Origin: Gonapodya sp. JEL0774 | Taxonomy: Eukaryota | Length of the DNA stretch: 64,000 nt | Assembly: GCA_027604505.1 (NCBI GenBank) | Contig: JADIIX010000058.1 | Coordinates: 1-64,000 of the forward strand | Direction: 5' to 3' | In this document: piece by piece, positions 13,570 to 25,186 of the stretch | Numbering within the stretch: position 1 is the first letter of the stretch | Layout of the letters: every line of letters starts with the position of its first letter | Position numbers and translations under genes: made by a program | Notes under the pieces: generated by a model | The model's database searches: none | What the model was told of the DNA's origin: nothing | The model's input: the letters and a program-made list of their open reading frames with translations, nothing else

Positions 13570-13910
13570 GGATGGGGAATATCTGCAAGTGCTATTTATA
13601 GTTGCTGAATGAGATGGGCACTATGACGTAGAGTGATTCATTTGATACCGAGAGCTGCTGCCCCAAAGCCACATGGTTGCAAACAAACAATACACATTGA
13701 AAAGTTGGGCACGTAAAGAAGGGTTGCAAGAAATACCACCAATAAGGGTAGACAAGACGTAATTTCCCGGAAATTAACAACCTTTCGATGAGATTGAAGG
13801 GAGGCGGAGAATCTTCCTGTTCTCCCCCGCACGGTTTCCGAAACGATGTTTATACGTTTGTGAACCCAAGATTACAATTATGTTTGTGTCATATGCATGT
13901 ACCGGAAATT

Positions 13911-16900
13911 CTACTTGGGGGATTGCGTTCGGTCTGCAATTACAACCAGAAACATCGTAACATCATCCACACGCTGGTGAACGGTTCATGGGATAAAGAT
14001 CAACATCCACAGGAAACTTGAGGAAAAGTACCAACTTGCATACACGTACCACGAATCCTGGGAAGAACATCTCACCTGTATGTTCTCTGTCTGTAAGCAT
14101 CTTCGCGACCCGCTGGAGGCCCCGTTTTCCAGCACCATAGCCATGCACGTGGAGTCCATTTGCGTCCACAGTTGCACTATCCTCTTCCTCTTCTATAGAA
14201 TCCAGATCTTGGGATCCCTTGCTCTGGCCTGAAGATTTTCCGTTCCCTGGCTCATTTTCGTCATCCCTCGCCAATCCGCCAACTGTGATATCTGATTCAG
14301 AGTCAGATGGCACATCAAGACTACTTCTTCTAGGTTGTTCGTCTGGAAAGTCAGTTCCCACGCTGGCGCCACTCGCAGATCCCAGAGACGATTGCTGCCC
14401 GTTGGTGTCACCAACTGTACAATTCCCTCGCTGGCGCTCTGCGTATTTCTGCTCCTCTCGCATGAGTTCTTCCATACCCCCTTGTCGCAACCAAGCGTCC
14501 CACTCTCGCCCAACAAAGGAAACCACAGCCCGATTCTGTCCTTCGGGCGAGTTGATCATGCGGAGGTGATCCCAGACTCCATCAGTCCCTATGGCTAACA
14601 CGTAGTCGTAACCAGGGGTTAATCGAATAAAAGATACATCTGGGACAGATGAAAGAATCGGAGGATGAATTTTGTACAACAAATCACCCATTGTAGATGC
14701 CAAATTGAGAGTCCGTAAATGAGAAACACCAACGGCCTTCAAGAAACGCAAAATTACCGAATGCAAAGGATACAGTAGCTACCGCTGTACTCACTTTAAC
14801 ATTGTCGTCTAGTGGCCGAAGAATCCGAGCACCAACCAAATCCGCGTATGGCTTCTTCCTCCGTTCGTCAATTTTGACGTGCCGGCGTGTGCCATTGTCA
14901 TTTATAAACAAACCACCATTTCGATGAATATGAAGTGCCTTTTCAGGATGAGCCGGACTATGGTCCACGGATGCGAAGCACACGGACCACTCTGAATGGA
15001 AACGTGCATGTTCGGTGGAGTTTATCGTGGTGGGCCGACGGCCGAGAACGGTTCTGGAGTCGCCAACCTGTTAACATGGCGGAATTCGCACCATGAGCAC
15101 ACTCAACATCAAACAACAGACCGGAACCATGAACTTACATTGCAGTTCACCAAATAGCCATTGTAGAGAACATTCAAAACCAATGTGCAACCGTCATCGA
15201 CCGGCTTCCTCCGTGACGGGGGTGCGTTTGAGGCATTTGCGGACAACGACTGCGTAGGCTGTGGTGGGGGTGTCGCAACAGGATTCGGAATAGTGGTAAA
15301 AGCGGAGGGCGAGACGCTCCCACTAGCAGCTGCATTATCGGTCGGTGTCGCAAGCTCGCTTCGCCAATTCCGATACTCGTGTTTTTTCGCTTCACAGTAA
15401 TCGTGGTCCAACTCTCCAAAAAGCTTTCGAACCTGCTCCGCAAACTCGGTTCGCTGCTCGGGCATATCAAACTCCCAGTTCTTGGAAGAGATCAACGAGG
15501 TTGCCGTATCGGATAGCCTCTTGACAAAGTAACGAGGCGCTTGTACGCCTCCGTGACCGTCAGCGAGGATGTAGATGTGCACCGGAAGTTGCGAGTGAGG
15601 ATGTGTGATGGGACCATATCGGTGGGTTTGCGAGGGAACTGCGGGGAGTTCCGCAGGCGTTCTCACAGCGGGCTTGTGGCCAGAGGAGTTGGCGGTGCCA
15701 TTCGTCAAACCCGCACCGAGGATACAGCTTCCCGGCGCCGAAGGCGGGCAAGGCCAGTGGACATCCTCCATTTGATCGTGCAGAGGCTTTCGAATGTTAC
15801 CGTTCATCCGACGATATCCCTGTTGGGTTGCAGCCGCGTACGATACCGAGAAGGACGTCAAACGAGGGTGACGAGGGATCTGCGAGCCTGGGGAGGTGGA
15901 GAGCACGGAACTGGTGCCGGGCGAGACGTTTGCTGGGCTGGGTGGAGACCGACCCAGCGCAAGCGGCGGTTTAGGCACATCAAAGGAGATGGTGGTCGCA
16001 GAGGTTCCCCGCCCGGCCGTTGTGAAACCTCCAGCAGGCGCGTTGGAGCCGGACCCGCCGAACCCGCTATGGCCCCTGATCTCTAGTGTCGCAGGTATGG
16101 GAGGCTTCCCGGTACCAGACGGATCAGCTGTCACCCTCATCGTTGCTGGTACAGTCGAAGGTCGTTGAAACGGAGTTGGTGGGTTCGAATACGGAGGTTG
16201 GGGCAAGTACGGAGTTGGGTTTGGGGAGAACAAGTCCAACTGAGGATCAGGGCGCGACGGAGCGGTAGTTTGAGTGACGGCTGACAAGGAGGTTGATTGT
16301 TCTGAGAGTGGCGTGCCGAGCCCACGTGGTAAAAGCTGAAGGAGAAGCACATCTTCTTACGCGAGTTCTGTGCGGAACCCTCGAGCCTCGAGCGAAGAAA
16401 ACAAGACTCACCGACACAGCCGACGCCTTCCTTTCCGATTCTTCCAGAGACGACAGAATGTCCGGTCCCTGACTCAACACCCGAGGCTGAGGCAGTTGCC
16501 CATCTTCACCGAGACCTCTGCTCTGCTCCGAGTAGGGCGTTTCCACACCTGCAAGCGCAACGGCGCTCAACACCCGCTCAGAAGGAGGTATGGCCGCAGA
16601 CTCCGATTCACCGAGACCACGTGTGGAATTACGTGCCGTGGTGTCTCCCCTGTGGGGTCCCGTGGGACCGTACCCCTCCTCCGAGCTCTCCACGTCATCA
16701 CTCCCCTTGACCCCCTTGTGCGCCCTCTCCATCTCCTCGAGCTCCAACCTTGCTCTCTGGTCGATCACCTCGAGTTCCGCGATCGCCTCGGATGCGCTCA
16801 AGACCCCCCTCTCCTCCTCGAACACCTCGTCTTCCCACGACACGTGCGAGTGGGTATCGTCCTCGTCGTCGTCGGGGGTGGGTTTCCCCGGCTGCGGTAA

Positions 16901-17413
16901 GGGTAGGGCGGCGCCCGGTGCCTGTACAGGAACCGCGGAAGAAGAAGGTGGGGAAGGGGACTCATGTGGGGGTCGAGGTGTATGAGAAGCCGCCCGAGCA
17001 GCTCGTTGGGCGGCCATCTCGTGAGCAACCCTGGCCATGAACCGCAAGGTGGCCGCATCGTCCGTTATTTTGCCACCGTCTCTCGCAACGCTGGACGGTG
17101 TCCGCCCTGGGTCCCCTCCTGGCCGATCTGTCTGTCCCGCGTCCACCGTCGTCCTCCCAACTGTCTCCGTACCCCCGGTCCTGTCCTCCACAGCCCCACT
17201 GTACGCTCCTCGCTCCACTCCCAAGGTTCCAAGCTCGTTCACTCTATCGACGTTGAAGGCCGGACCAGGAGCTTGGACCGGTCTGAGCGCATTAGGTTCG
17301 TACGGGGGTGTTGGGGGTAACGGGATCACCTTGTCGTCGGAGCTCGAGGAGGACGACGAGGCTTGGCCCGACGCTGGAGGTTTCGCAGAGAGTTGTGTAT
17401 GGACACGCAGCAT
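13911..17413 (-). CDS. PP2C/PPM-family Ser/Thr phosphatase with long disordered N-terminus
   Basis: Motifs QMED, ILADGHGG, DDGCT, NCNVGDSR, TMGD, IGTDGVWD and a last exon RVDDVTMFLV. An intron at about 16.34-16.41 kb links the acidic N-terminal ORF (ATG 17413). Confidence 0.88.
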
Positions 17414-17703
17414 TGGGTTTTTTTCCGGCGAGTCGCCGATTGTGGGGACGAGGAGGCGGAGGTGGTGGGTCGAAGGGAAGGAACCTTTGGGCTTTTCGCC
17501 TTTGGTTATAATTATCCATACACCCTTGTTGAGGCAGTGAAACAAGGAGACACCTCCAACCTTCCCACAGAAGGCGCACCAAAGCAAATATGTACTACCA
17601 TAACTGGTGGTGAGTTGAACGGTACGTTATTTTCCACATTATTCAGCTACGAATGGCCCACTCCCCCTGCACACCGCCCCCCACCCACCCACACATCTTC
17701 TGT

Positions 17704-19770
17704 TCAGATCATCTTCCTCACCTCCCCCCCCCTCGCCACCGCCACCTCCACGCACTCCCTCATAGCTGCCACATCCAACCCCCCGCCACCACTCTTGTGC
17801 AGTCCCATGAGCGTGCCGGTCTCGTCCGTGACGACGGTCAGGGTGGCGGAGGACAGAGACGATTCGGTCTCGGTGGGGTCGACGAGGAAGTAGTGGCTGG
17901 CGGTGTGGTGGGGAGGGTGGGGTGAGGGGATAAGCGCGGGTGTTGAAGTCAGCAGGGGCCAGAGATCAAGATATTCAGACCATCTTCTCCCATCCGGGAC
18001 GTTCACATACACAAGTACACGACACCTGAGTGGACCCTGGCGCGCGAATTTTCGTTTTTTCTTTTTCCAATTTTCAGCTTCTTCAGCTTTGGAAAAAACT
18101 CACTTTTCGAATATGCACGTGGTCGTCGAAACGGGCCATCGGTTGATCCTGAGCGAGACGGGTCGGTTGGTCCAGTCGGGGACCGTGACGGCGCCTTCTT
18201 CTTCCCGGTACGTAGCTTTAGGAAGCCGGACTGAGAGTGAGGTGCCAGCGAATGCAAAAAGAATATATATATATAAATATAATAGAAGACGGAAAGAACG
18301 TTAGTTGTAGGAACATCGGGACAGAGTCGCAGCAACTTCAACATCATCTCCCCAACCCCGCCACCGAGCTGTGCAAACCCCGGCACGGTAGGGACACCCT
18401 CCGCCACCCGCCAGGCAAGGCCCACCCTCACCGTCTTTCAGGGCTGCCATGATCGCGATCAAGGCAGCGTCCATGACGTTGCCGTCGTAGTTGAGACACA
18501 CAACGTCGGCGTAGAGGACCCACACCGCGGAGCCTTGTTCGATGCAGAGCTGCTTGAGGTCGAGGATGGGGGAGCTGGCGAGGAGGGGGGGGGGAGATGA
18601 ATGGCGGTGGGGTGTGGACGGATTGGCATCTGGGACAAACGGCTGGTGGCGATGGACGTATCAAGTACAGCTCGCCCTCACTTTTTGAACAACTGGTCGA
18701 TGCGTGCGCTGAGTGATTGTGCGAGCTCTGACGGCGGGCCTGGGCGGAAGTTCGGAGAGCTCATGGGGGGGAGGTCGATGTTGGGGACTGTTGTGCGACG
18801 TAAGAGTGCCACCGCAGAGGTGCACGGTAAAGGTAGGTTCGTTCGTGTGGACAGTCGAGGCAAGACGGCAGTGTCGCGCAGTCCCAGCGAGGTAGGTTCA
18901 TGATTGAATTTGAATGATCAGGGCAGGGCAAAGGAAGCAGGCGCCGTGCCGTCAGCACCACGCCTCGCGAACCACATTCCACACTTTGGGACACAGCCGT
19001 GGTCGCAAAATTCCTCGTGTTAACAAGTTTCACACTCACGTAACCGTACCCACCAAAGTATCCCTCGTCGGGCACGTCCACAAGCGGCACGGCGACTTGG
19101 GCCTTTATCCCACACAAAACTGTGGTTTTGCCCAGTCGGACGGTCGCGGAGCCTTCGGCTGTGGAAATGGAGCCTGGAGGGGGAGGGAAACGGAGTGGGT
19201 AGATGACATCGCGCTTGCTTGCATACCTCATTGACCAAGCACGGGTCGGACCCGTTGCATCCAAGGTCCATAAAGCTAAAACGAAAAGGGCAGATTTGTC
19301 CATATGGGGTATCCGACCTACCCATAATCTGGCCCCATATGTATCACACAAGTTTCTCTCGGCGGGACAAGTTCGTATAATCTCGCTCACGCGGGTACAA
19401 TCTCCTTCACGATCGTTCGCGCGCTCGCTGACACTCCCCACGGGCACAATCTCGCCGACGCTCGTGTAAAACCACCTCTGTCGCTCCTTTGAGGCCTCGC
19501 TCACTTCCACGACTCGGGCGGGGATGACTCACCGACATTGACGAGGGTTTTTCTAAACTTCGCCGAATGAGTTTTCGGAGCGTACGGTCTTCCATCGGGT
19601 CTGACGCCCTGAGCGAGGAATCGACGGAGATACTCTGCAGGGTGAAGACGGGCGAAGGTGGGAGCGTCGAGGACGAAGGCGGCGGCGGCGGAATCGGAAT
19701 CAGGTAAGAGAGAAGAAGTGGGAGGGATTTGATGGGAATCGGGAGTGGATTGGGGTGTTGAGAGGGACAT
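17704..19770 (-). CDS. RRP43: Exosome complex RNase PH-like subunit Rrp43/EXOSC8
   Basis: [101 protein letters not shown] and FLVDPTETE...LHKSGG. Confidence 0.92.
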
Positions 19771-20741
19771 AATACGGTGGAAGTGAAGGGTGGTTCCTCC
19801 AACCTGTACTATCCTCCTGGTTGCCATCACGCACGCTGAACATATAATAAATTGGTACATTCTTTTCACTGTCGAACTGCTCCGTGCACTACATACTCCC
19901 TTTCTCGCATTCACATGGAACGAACTATTAAAAATTCCGTCAGAGTAGAAGCGCAAGAACTCTGAGCATACTTCGTTTCACCGTAGGAAACTTGCACTTT
20001 TATTATATAGGGAAGTTCGCAAGCTTCTTAGGGTAAAATGAAACATGTTGAGAGGTGACTGAGGATGACTTGGCACATAATTTTGAGTGTGAGCGCAAGG
20101 GGTTCCAACAAAATTTATGCTCATCATGCGAATTTAGAACTCACCATCGCGTCCCATGACGATCACGTAGCATATCATGAACATGTCCAAACGAAACAAC
20201 GGTTATTCATGGTGCCGCTGCCGAGCTCTTTACACTCTCGTGTTTGGATTCACAGGACGCATTTCACAAAAACAGAGGAGTGAGAGGATTGAATTGTGTG
20301 ATATGAGATTAATCACACACTCCTGGGACCATTCAGAGTTGCGAACTGGGTCCCGCTGTGACTCCACAGCACATGTATGTCTCCAGTGAACATCACCGCG
20401 GATGAGTCACTGGCGAGTGGTGGATCAACATCCATTACCTCGGGCAGTGATTCACGTGCGGTGGTCATGTCGACGACATTCCCTTGCCCGATCAGTATGA
20501 GGTGGTGAGATTCGGGTGTATAAGGAGGGTGCAGCAAGAGGACGATGTGCACGGGAATCTCATGACGATGGCGAGTGATTTGGGAAAGGAAGAGAATTGG
20601 TATTTGGTATTTGGTGTTGGAGGAAGGAATGAACGGTGGGCCCGCGACCACACCTTGGACCACCACGTGTCAGTAACTTTGTACACATCTTCACCTGTTT
20701 GGATCACACACACGCACTCCCCCCCCCCTGACAGTCACGTG

Positions 20742-22535
20742 ATGTCGACTACGCAGTCCACGCAGTCTTCTTCCTGGTGGCCAAACTCCACTTGGCTGTC
20801 CTGGTCTTCCCCGCCTCCTCCCGTCCAACCCTCCCAACCCTCCCCAACCCCCCCACCCCACCCAAAAACCAAGCGCCAACACCCACCCCCCCCCGGGCCC
20901 GGACAACCCCCCAAAAAACGCCCCCCGTCCCATCCAAATCCAATCGGACAACTCCCAACCCCCACAGTGCCCTGTAGACCACTCAAAACTCGGCACTCTG
21001 TCCCCAGATCACCCTTTTTATCGCCATCAGCAGGAACACTTGGCAAAACAGGCTTCCTCTTCCGCTGCACAGTCCCTATCCTCCTCCTCTCCCGTTTCTG
21101 CCACAGCTTCTGTCTCAGCCGACCCCAAATCAAGCAAACCTGCTGCGGAATGTCCCGTCGACCACTCAAAAATGGGCCCCCTGTCACCAGACCACCCCTT
21201 TTTCAAGCACCAGCAGGACCACCTGACCAGGCAGGGCAAGTCCTCCTCATCGACTTCATCACCTGCCACCTCCCCCGCTCAACATGAAGAAAAATTAAAC
21301 CCCCGCAACATGATGCCAGAACTCTCTCAATCCCCTCACCCCGAACAACGCGTCCACCTCCCCACCCAACGCACCTACTCCACCATCCCCAAATCCGACG
21401 TCTCTGACATGGACGAGTCCGCTTACGGATCCAAGAAAGACGCTACCTGGATCTACCCCTCCCCGCAGCAGTTTTACAACGCCTTGAAGCGCAAGGGATG
21501 GGAGACTCCAGAGGAGGAGATCCCGGTCATGGTCCAGATTCACAACTTTTTAAATGAGGCATGCTGGGAGGAGATTTTGAAGTGGGAAAGGATGCACAAG
21601 ACGTGAGTCATATCGAGCGTTAGCGAGATACTGTGGGCTTCGCCCGCCGAGAGAGACTTTTGTGGTTCATGTGGCCCGATGGCAGATATGGACCAATTTG
21701 TCCTTCTGGCTTCATGAAACTTTGTGCGGGCTTGGCCCGCCGAGAGAGACCTTCATGGTCCACATGGGCCGGATGAGGGGACGGATGGACCGCATGGACG
21801 GAAATGCCTTGTGCTTTCATGGACCTTTGCTTCAATTGACCTTTGTGCGGTGCTTGTCTCGAGAGAGACCTGTCCGCCGGTTCATGTGGGCCGTCTCCAC
21901 CGTGCCTCGTCTGCCTTCCGATACGTTCTTGTCCGTGTACGATTGTCACCCCACTCTCCAACCCTCTCCCCGCAACCCCTCCCCCGCCCCTGCAGCACCT
22001 GCGGAACACCTACCTTGCTCAAGTTCCAGGGCCGGCCTAGCGAATTGAGTCCCAAGGCACGGTTGTACACGACGTTGTTGGGGTGAGTAAGGCGTTGTTT
22101 CGTTTTGACAGAGGAAATGCAACTGACGTGGCTCAACCTTGGTCGATGACCCATTACCATCGAAACCCCCTTTCCCCTCCCATCCCGCACAACTTACCGC
22201 CCTACTTATACCCCCCATCCCCATCGACCCGTCCTTTTTGCCCCCGCTTCCACCTCTCTCTCCCAAACCTTGTCACCGCCCGTCCCAACACCCACCCTGC
22301 CCCACCACACCCCCCTCCCAGCACCCCCAAACCCTTCGACCGCCACGACTGGACCGTTGACCGCTGCGGCATGCCCGTCCGCTACGTGATCGACTACTAC
22401 GCCGGCCCCGACGAACCGGGCACGGGAAACCCCAGTTTCGTGGTGGACGTCAGGCCTGCGTTGGATTCGGTGGGCGCGGTGGTGGATAGGCTCAGGAAAG
22501 GGTGGGCAGAGAGGTTTGGGAAGGGGGGGGAGTAG
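20742..22535 (+). CDS. HCCS: Cytochrome c/c1 heme lyase (holocytochrome c synthase)
   Basis: CPVDH heme-regulatory motifs, then [84 protein letters not shown] and VDVRPALDS. The 5' exon structure is uncertain. Confidence 0.93.
21641..21893. repeat. Degenerate tandem repeat (about 95-nt unit, 2 copies plus a partial third) in a heme lyase intron
   Basis: GCCCGCCGAGAGAGAC...GGT(T/C)CA(T/C)(G/A)TGG(C/G)CCG...ATGGAC...TTCATG(A/G)A(A/C)CTTTG occurs at about 21642 and 21735. A partial copy CGAGAGAGAC...GGTTCATGTGGGCCG is at about 21860. Confidence 0.75.
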
Positions 22536-22657
22536 GAGGGGTGGGCTGAGCGGAGAGAGATTGAGATGAAAACAAAGTTGTGGAAGATGAGGGTAATTTT
22601 TTTTTGTTGGTTTACTAGAGATTGTATCGGCGGGATGATAAATATAGACGAGAGACG

Positions 22658-23810
22658 TTAGCTGTTTCTCGGGTTGAGATATATTGCTCTGAGCTCGTGC
22701 GATCGCTCACGCAACTCCTCCCAAACCTTGAGCACCTGGTCCTCATACTGAATCAAAGAAACAAAGTACACATTTGGTGCCATTTTTGCTCTTCTTTTGG
22801 ACGCTATCAAGACAGATATTATACATGAACAAACGTTGGGAACAGGAAGGAAGGATCTGAACTACTGTTTTGCACTGTCCTGCAACTTTGGAATGTCTAG
22901 AATATCACTGACTTTAATATCGCCAAGAATATCCGCAGGGGATACATTGATGTTAACAGGCTATGGGACGCGCATTACCGTTTATTAGATGGACGAGCTA
23001 GAAAACTGTTCCATTCAATCATAAAAGCAATGTCACTCACCTCTTTCACTTCCATCCATTTTTCCAACGATGTATAGAGTCCGTTCAATGAAGATGATGA
23101 CATTACAATTGCGGAGGACGATTGGCGTAACCACGGGGCACTGCTAGTACTTGCCGAACCCGAGCTAGTGGCGACAGTCGACGCGAACACTTCCAAGTCA
23201 CGAAGAAGATCGACCATAACAGTGGTAGCTGAGTTGAATGTAGCTGTGTAAGGCTCAAATGTTATTGCTGTCGGAAAGGTCTTGTTGAGGGCTTTTGCAG
23301 TGCCTCTTGCATGCGTCACAACTTTGAAGGCAACAGTGAGCAAGAAAGATTCGATGCGCTAGGAAGGCTTCATTTCTACGTACTATTTTGGAAGAGCTTC
23401 CTATTGATTTGCACTGAAACCGAGACAAATTAACACGTGGATTGATCCCGCTACAACAACCGATCTCCTCACTTTCCACAACAACGTTCACCGAGATCTT
23501 ACGCTTATTGGTCGCTTCAAAGCATTCCTCGTAAATGTGTCTTGCTTTCTCGGGCGAGAGTCGAACGACGAACTCAATCCCGACATTCTCCTTGAGTTGA
23601 AAGCAGAACTTTATTCCGGAATCGAGATCCTCGCGAAGGCGCTCTAGAAAGTCCGAGAAGACTCCGTTCTCGAAGGTCGTCTGATAACGCGGAACGTCAT
23701 GGTCAAACAAAGTTTCCCCGGAAAGTCCACCGACGGCGGTAGATACGTACGTTGTCCCAGAAGGCGCCCTTAGCTTCTGTTTCCGCGAGATTCGGATCGA
23801 TGTAGGTCAT
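22658..23810 (-). CDS. Hypothetical protein: N-terminal PB1/ubiquitin-like region plus alpha-helical C-terminal region
   Basis: A consistent spliced model gives MTYIDPNLAETEAKGAFWDN|TTFENGVFSDFLERLREDLDSGIKFCFQLKENVGIEFVVRL...KISVNVVVE|MQINRKLFQN|IVTHARGT...LEKWMEVKE|LVHLIN|..|YEDQVLKVWEELRER...RNS*. The PB1 resemblance is by eye only. Confidence 0.6.
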
Positions 23811-23862
23811 TCTGCCTTCGATGTGTTCAATCGAACTTCTCAGAAATATATTTTGTTGTAGA

Positions 23863-23902
23863 GCTGTGGAGCGTGCTGTGGAGCGAGCTGTGGAGCTGTG
23901 GA
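23863..23902. promoter_or_regulatory. Four copies of GCTGTGGA in a 162-bp divergent intergenic region
   Basis: Copies at 23863, 23875, 23887 and 23895. A regulatory role is inferred from position only. Confidence 0.4.
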
Positions 23903-23972
23903 CACTAACCTATGGGCTCGTTCTCAGATGCAAGTCAACTTTTCTCAAACTCGACGGCGTCTTGCAGTCCGA

Positions 23973-25186
23973 ATGTCTTCTGTTCCTGTACCGGATCCTA
24001 GCCAACTTCTCGTGGGAGACATCATCTTCTACTATATCGGGGGTGTTTCCGCACCTTCGGCCGGCCAGGAAGGAAGAAGCTTCGGGCAATTTTCGAGGCA
24101 CTTCGCTGTCTACTGTGGATCAGTCTGCGATGTTTGTAGGGCACTGGTACGTCAAGTTTGGCGAACACAATGTTCGGTTAGATGGAATCGCATTCAGCTC
24201 GCTCGCGCCGTACAAGTGTTCTACCACCGAAAAGTGTGCTCGCCCAGGCTGCCAGGGAAAAGTTTTGGAACACCAGATTGTGGAACGGGTGGATCGGTTC
24301 CCAATGGGTGACGCTTTGCAGCCCGCAACGACCACTCACCAAGTTCTGACAGAAGGTGACGAACGTCGCCATGATGTCATGGAAGCCCGAGCGAAGCGCC
24401 TTGTAGAGATAAAGAAGTACAAGCCTTGCGTAAACCGTGTCAGCTGGGAGGAATTCGGTGAAAGAGCGTCACCTGGAAAGAGTAAGTATAGGTGTGGCAC
24501 CCCACGCGAGTACGCTGAACTGGTTTGTGTTTTGTCCACCAAGTTTACCGCCGGTGCTACTCGGAGAAGGAGCTCGCCGACTTCCGTAAACGTCAGGTTT
24601 TTTGGCTCCACCCTAAATTCAAGGAAAAGTACGGTCATGGTCATGAAGAAACCGCCCTGTGGACCGGACACGGTACCGCAAAACGAGCGCTGCTCGAAGA
24701 AGGGACTCCTGAATGGATGAATGAGTACCATGTCGTTTTTAACAACTGTGGTTTGACGCCCCATCTTCCCTGAATCTGTTGGCGTGTTTTAATTCACGCT
24801 CGTGGTCTCCAACAGGTCAGCACTTTACAAACTGGTGCAAGTTTGGATTGTTCATGTCGGATGACGTTCACTTCACCTTGAAGATGTTGAAACCAATAAC
24901 GTACATCCCATTTGGTGGCATTGTTGGAGGAGCCGTTGTTGCCGCAGTTCTTTCTAGTATTGTCCCTGGACTTCGACGTGACCTTTACAAGTCCGTATGC
25001 GTGCTGGCCTCTACAGCTATTCGGGGAAACCAAAGTCGCAAAGATTTGGAATCTGAAAGTCTGACGGCGTATCGGATTCTCAACATTCCGGCTTCATATC
25101 TCCTTAAAATTATGGCGCAACCTGGTGGCGATACACTACTCAAAAGCTTATCGGAAGATGATGTTCAAGTGTACATGGATGTTTAA
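23973..25186 (+). CDS. LRAT/PLAAT (NC-domain, permuted NlpC/P60) family protein
   Basis: LLVGDII, RHFAVYCG (catalytic His motif), VLEH, VSWEEF, TAKRAL and the spliced YHVVFNNC|QHFTNWCKFG (NCxHF motif), followed by a hydrophobic segment FGGIVGGAVVAAVLSSIV. Confidence 0.8.

Noticed and set aside
14765..14773. Perfect U12-type donor sequence GTATCCTTT on the minus strand in the PP2C gene
   Set aside because: It lies inside an ordinary 58-nt GTGAGT...AG intron (14794-14737). Using it would give a 37-nt intron with no TCCTTAAC branch site.
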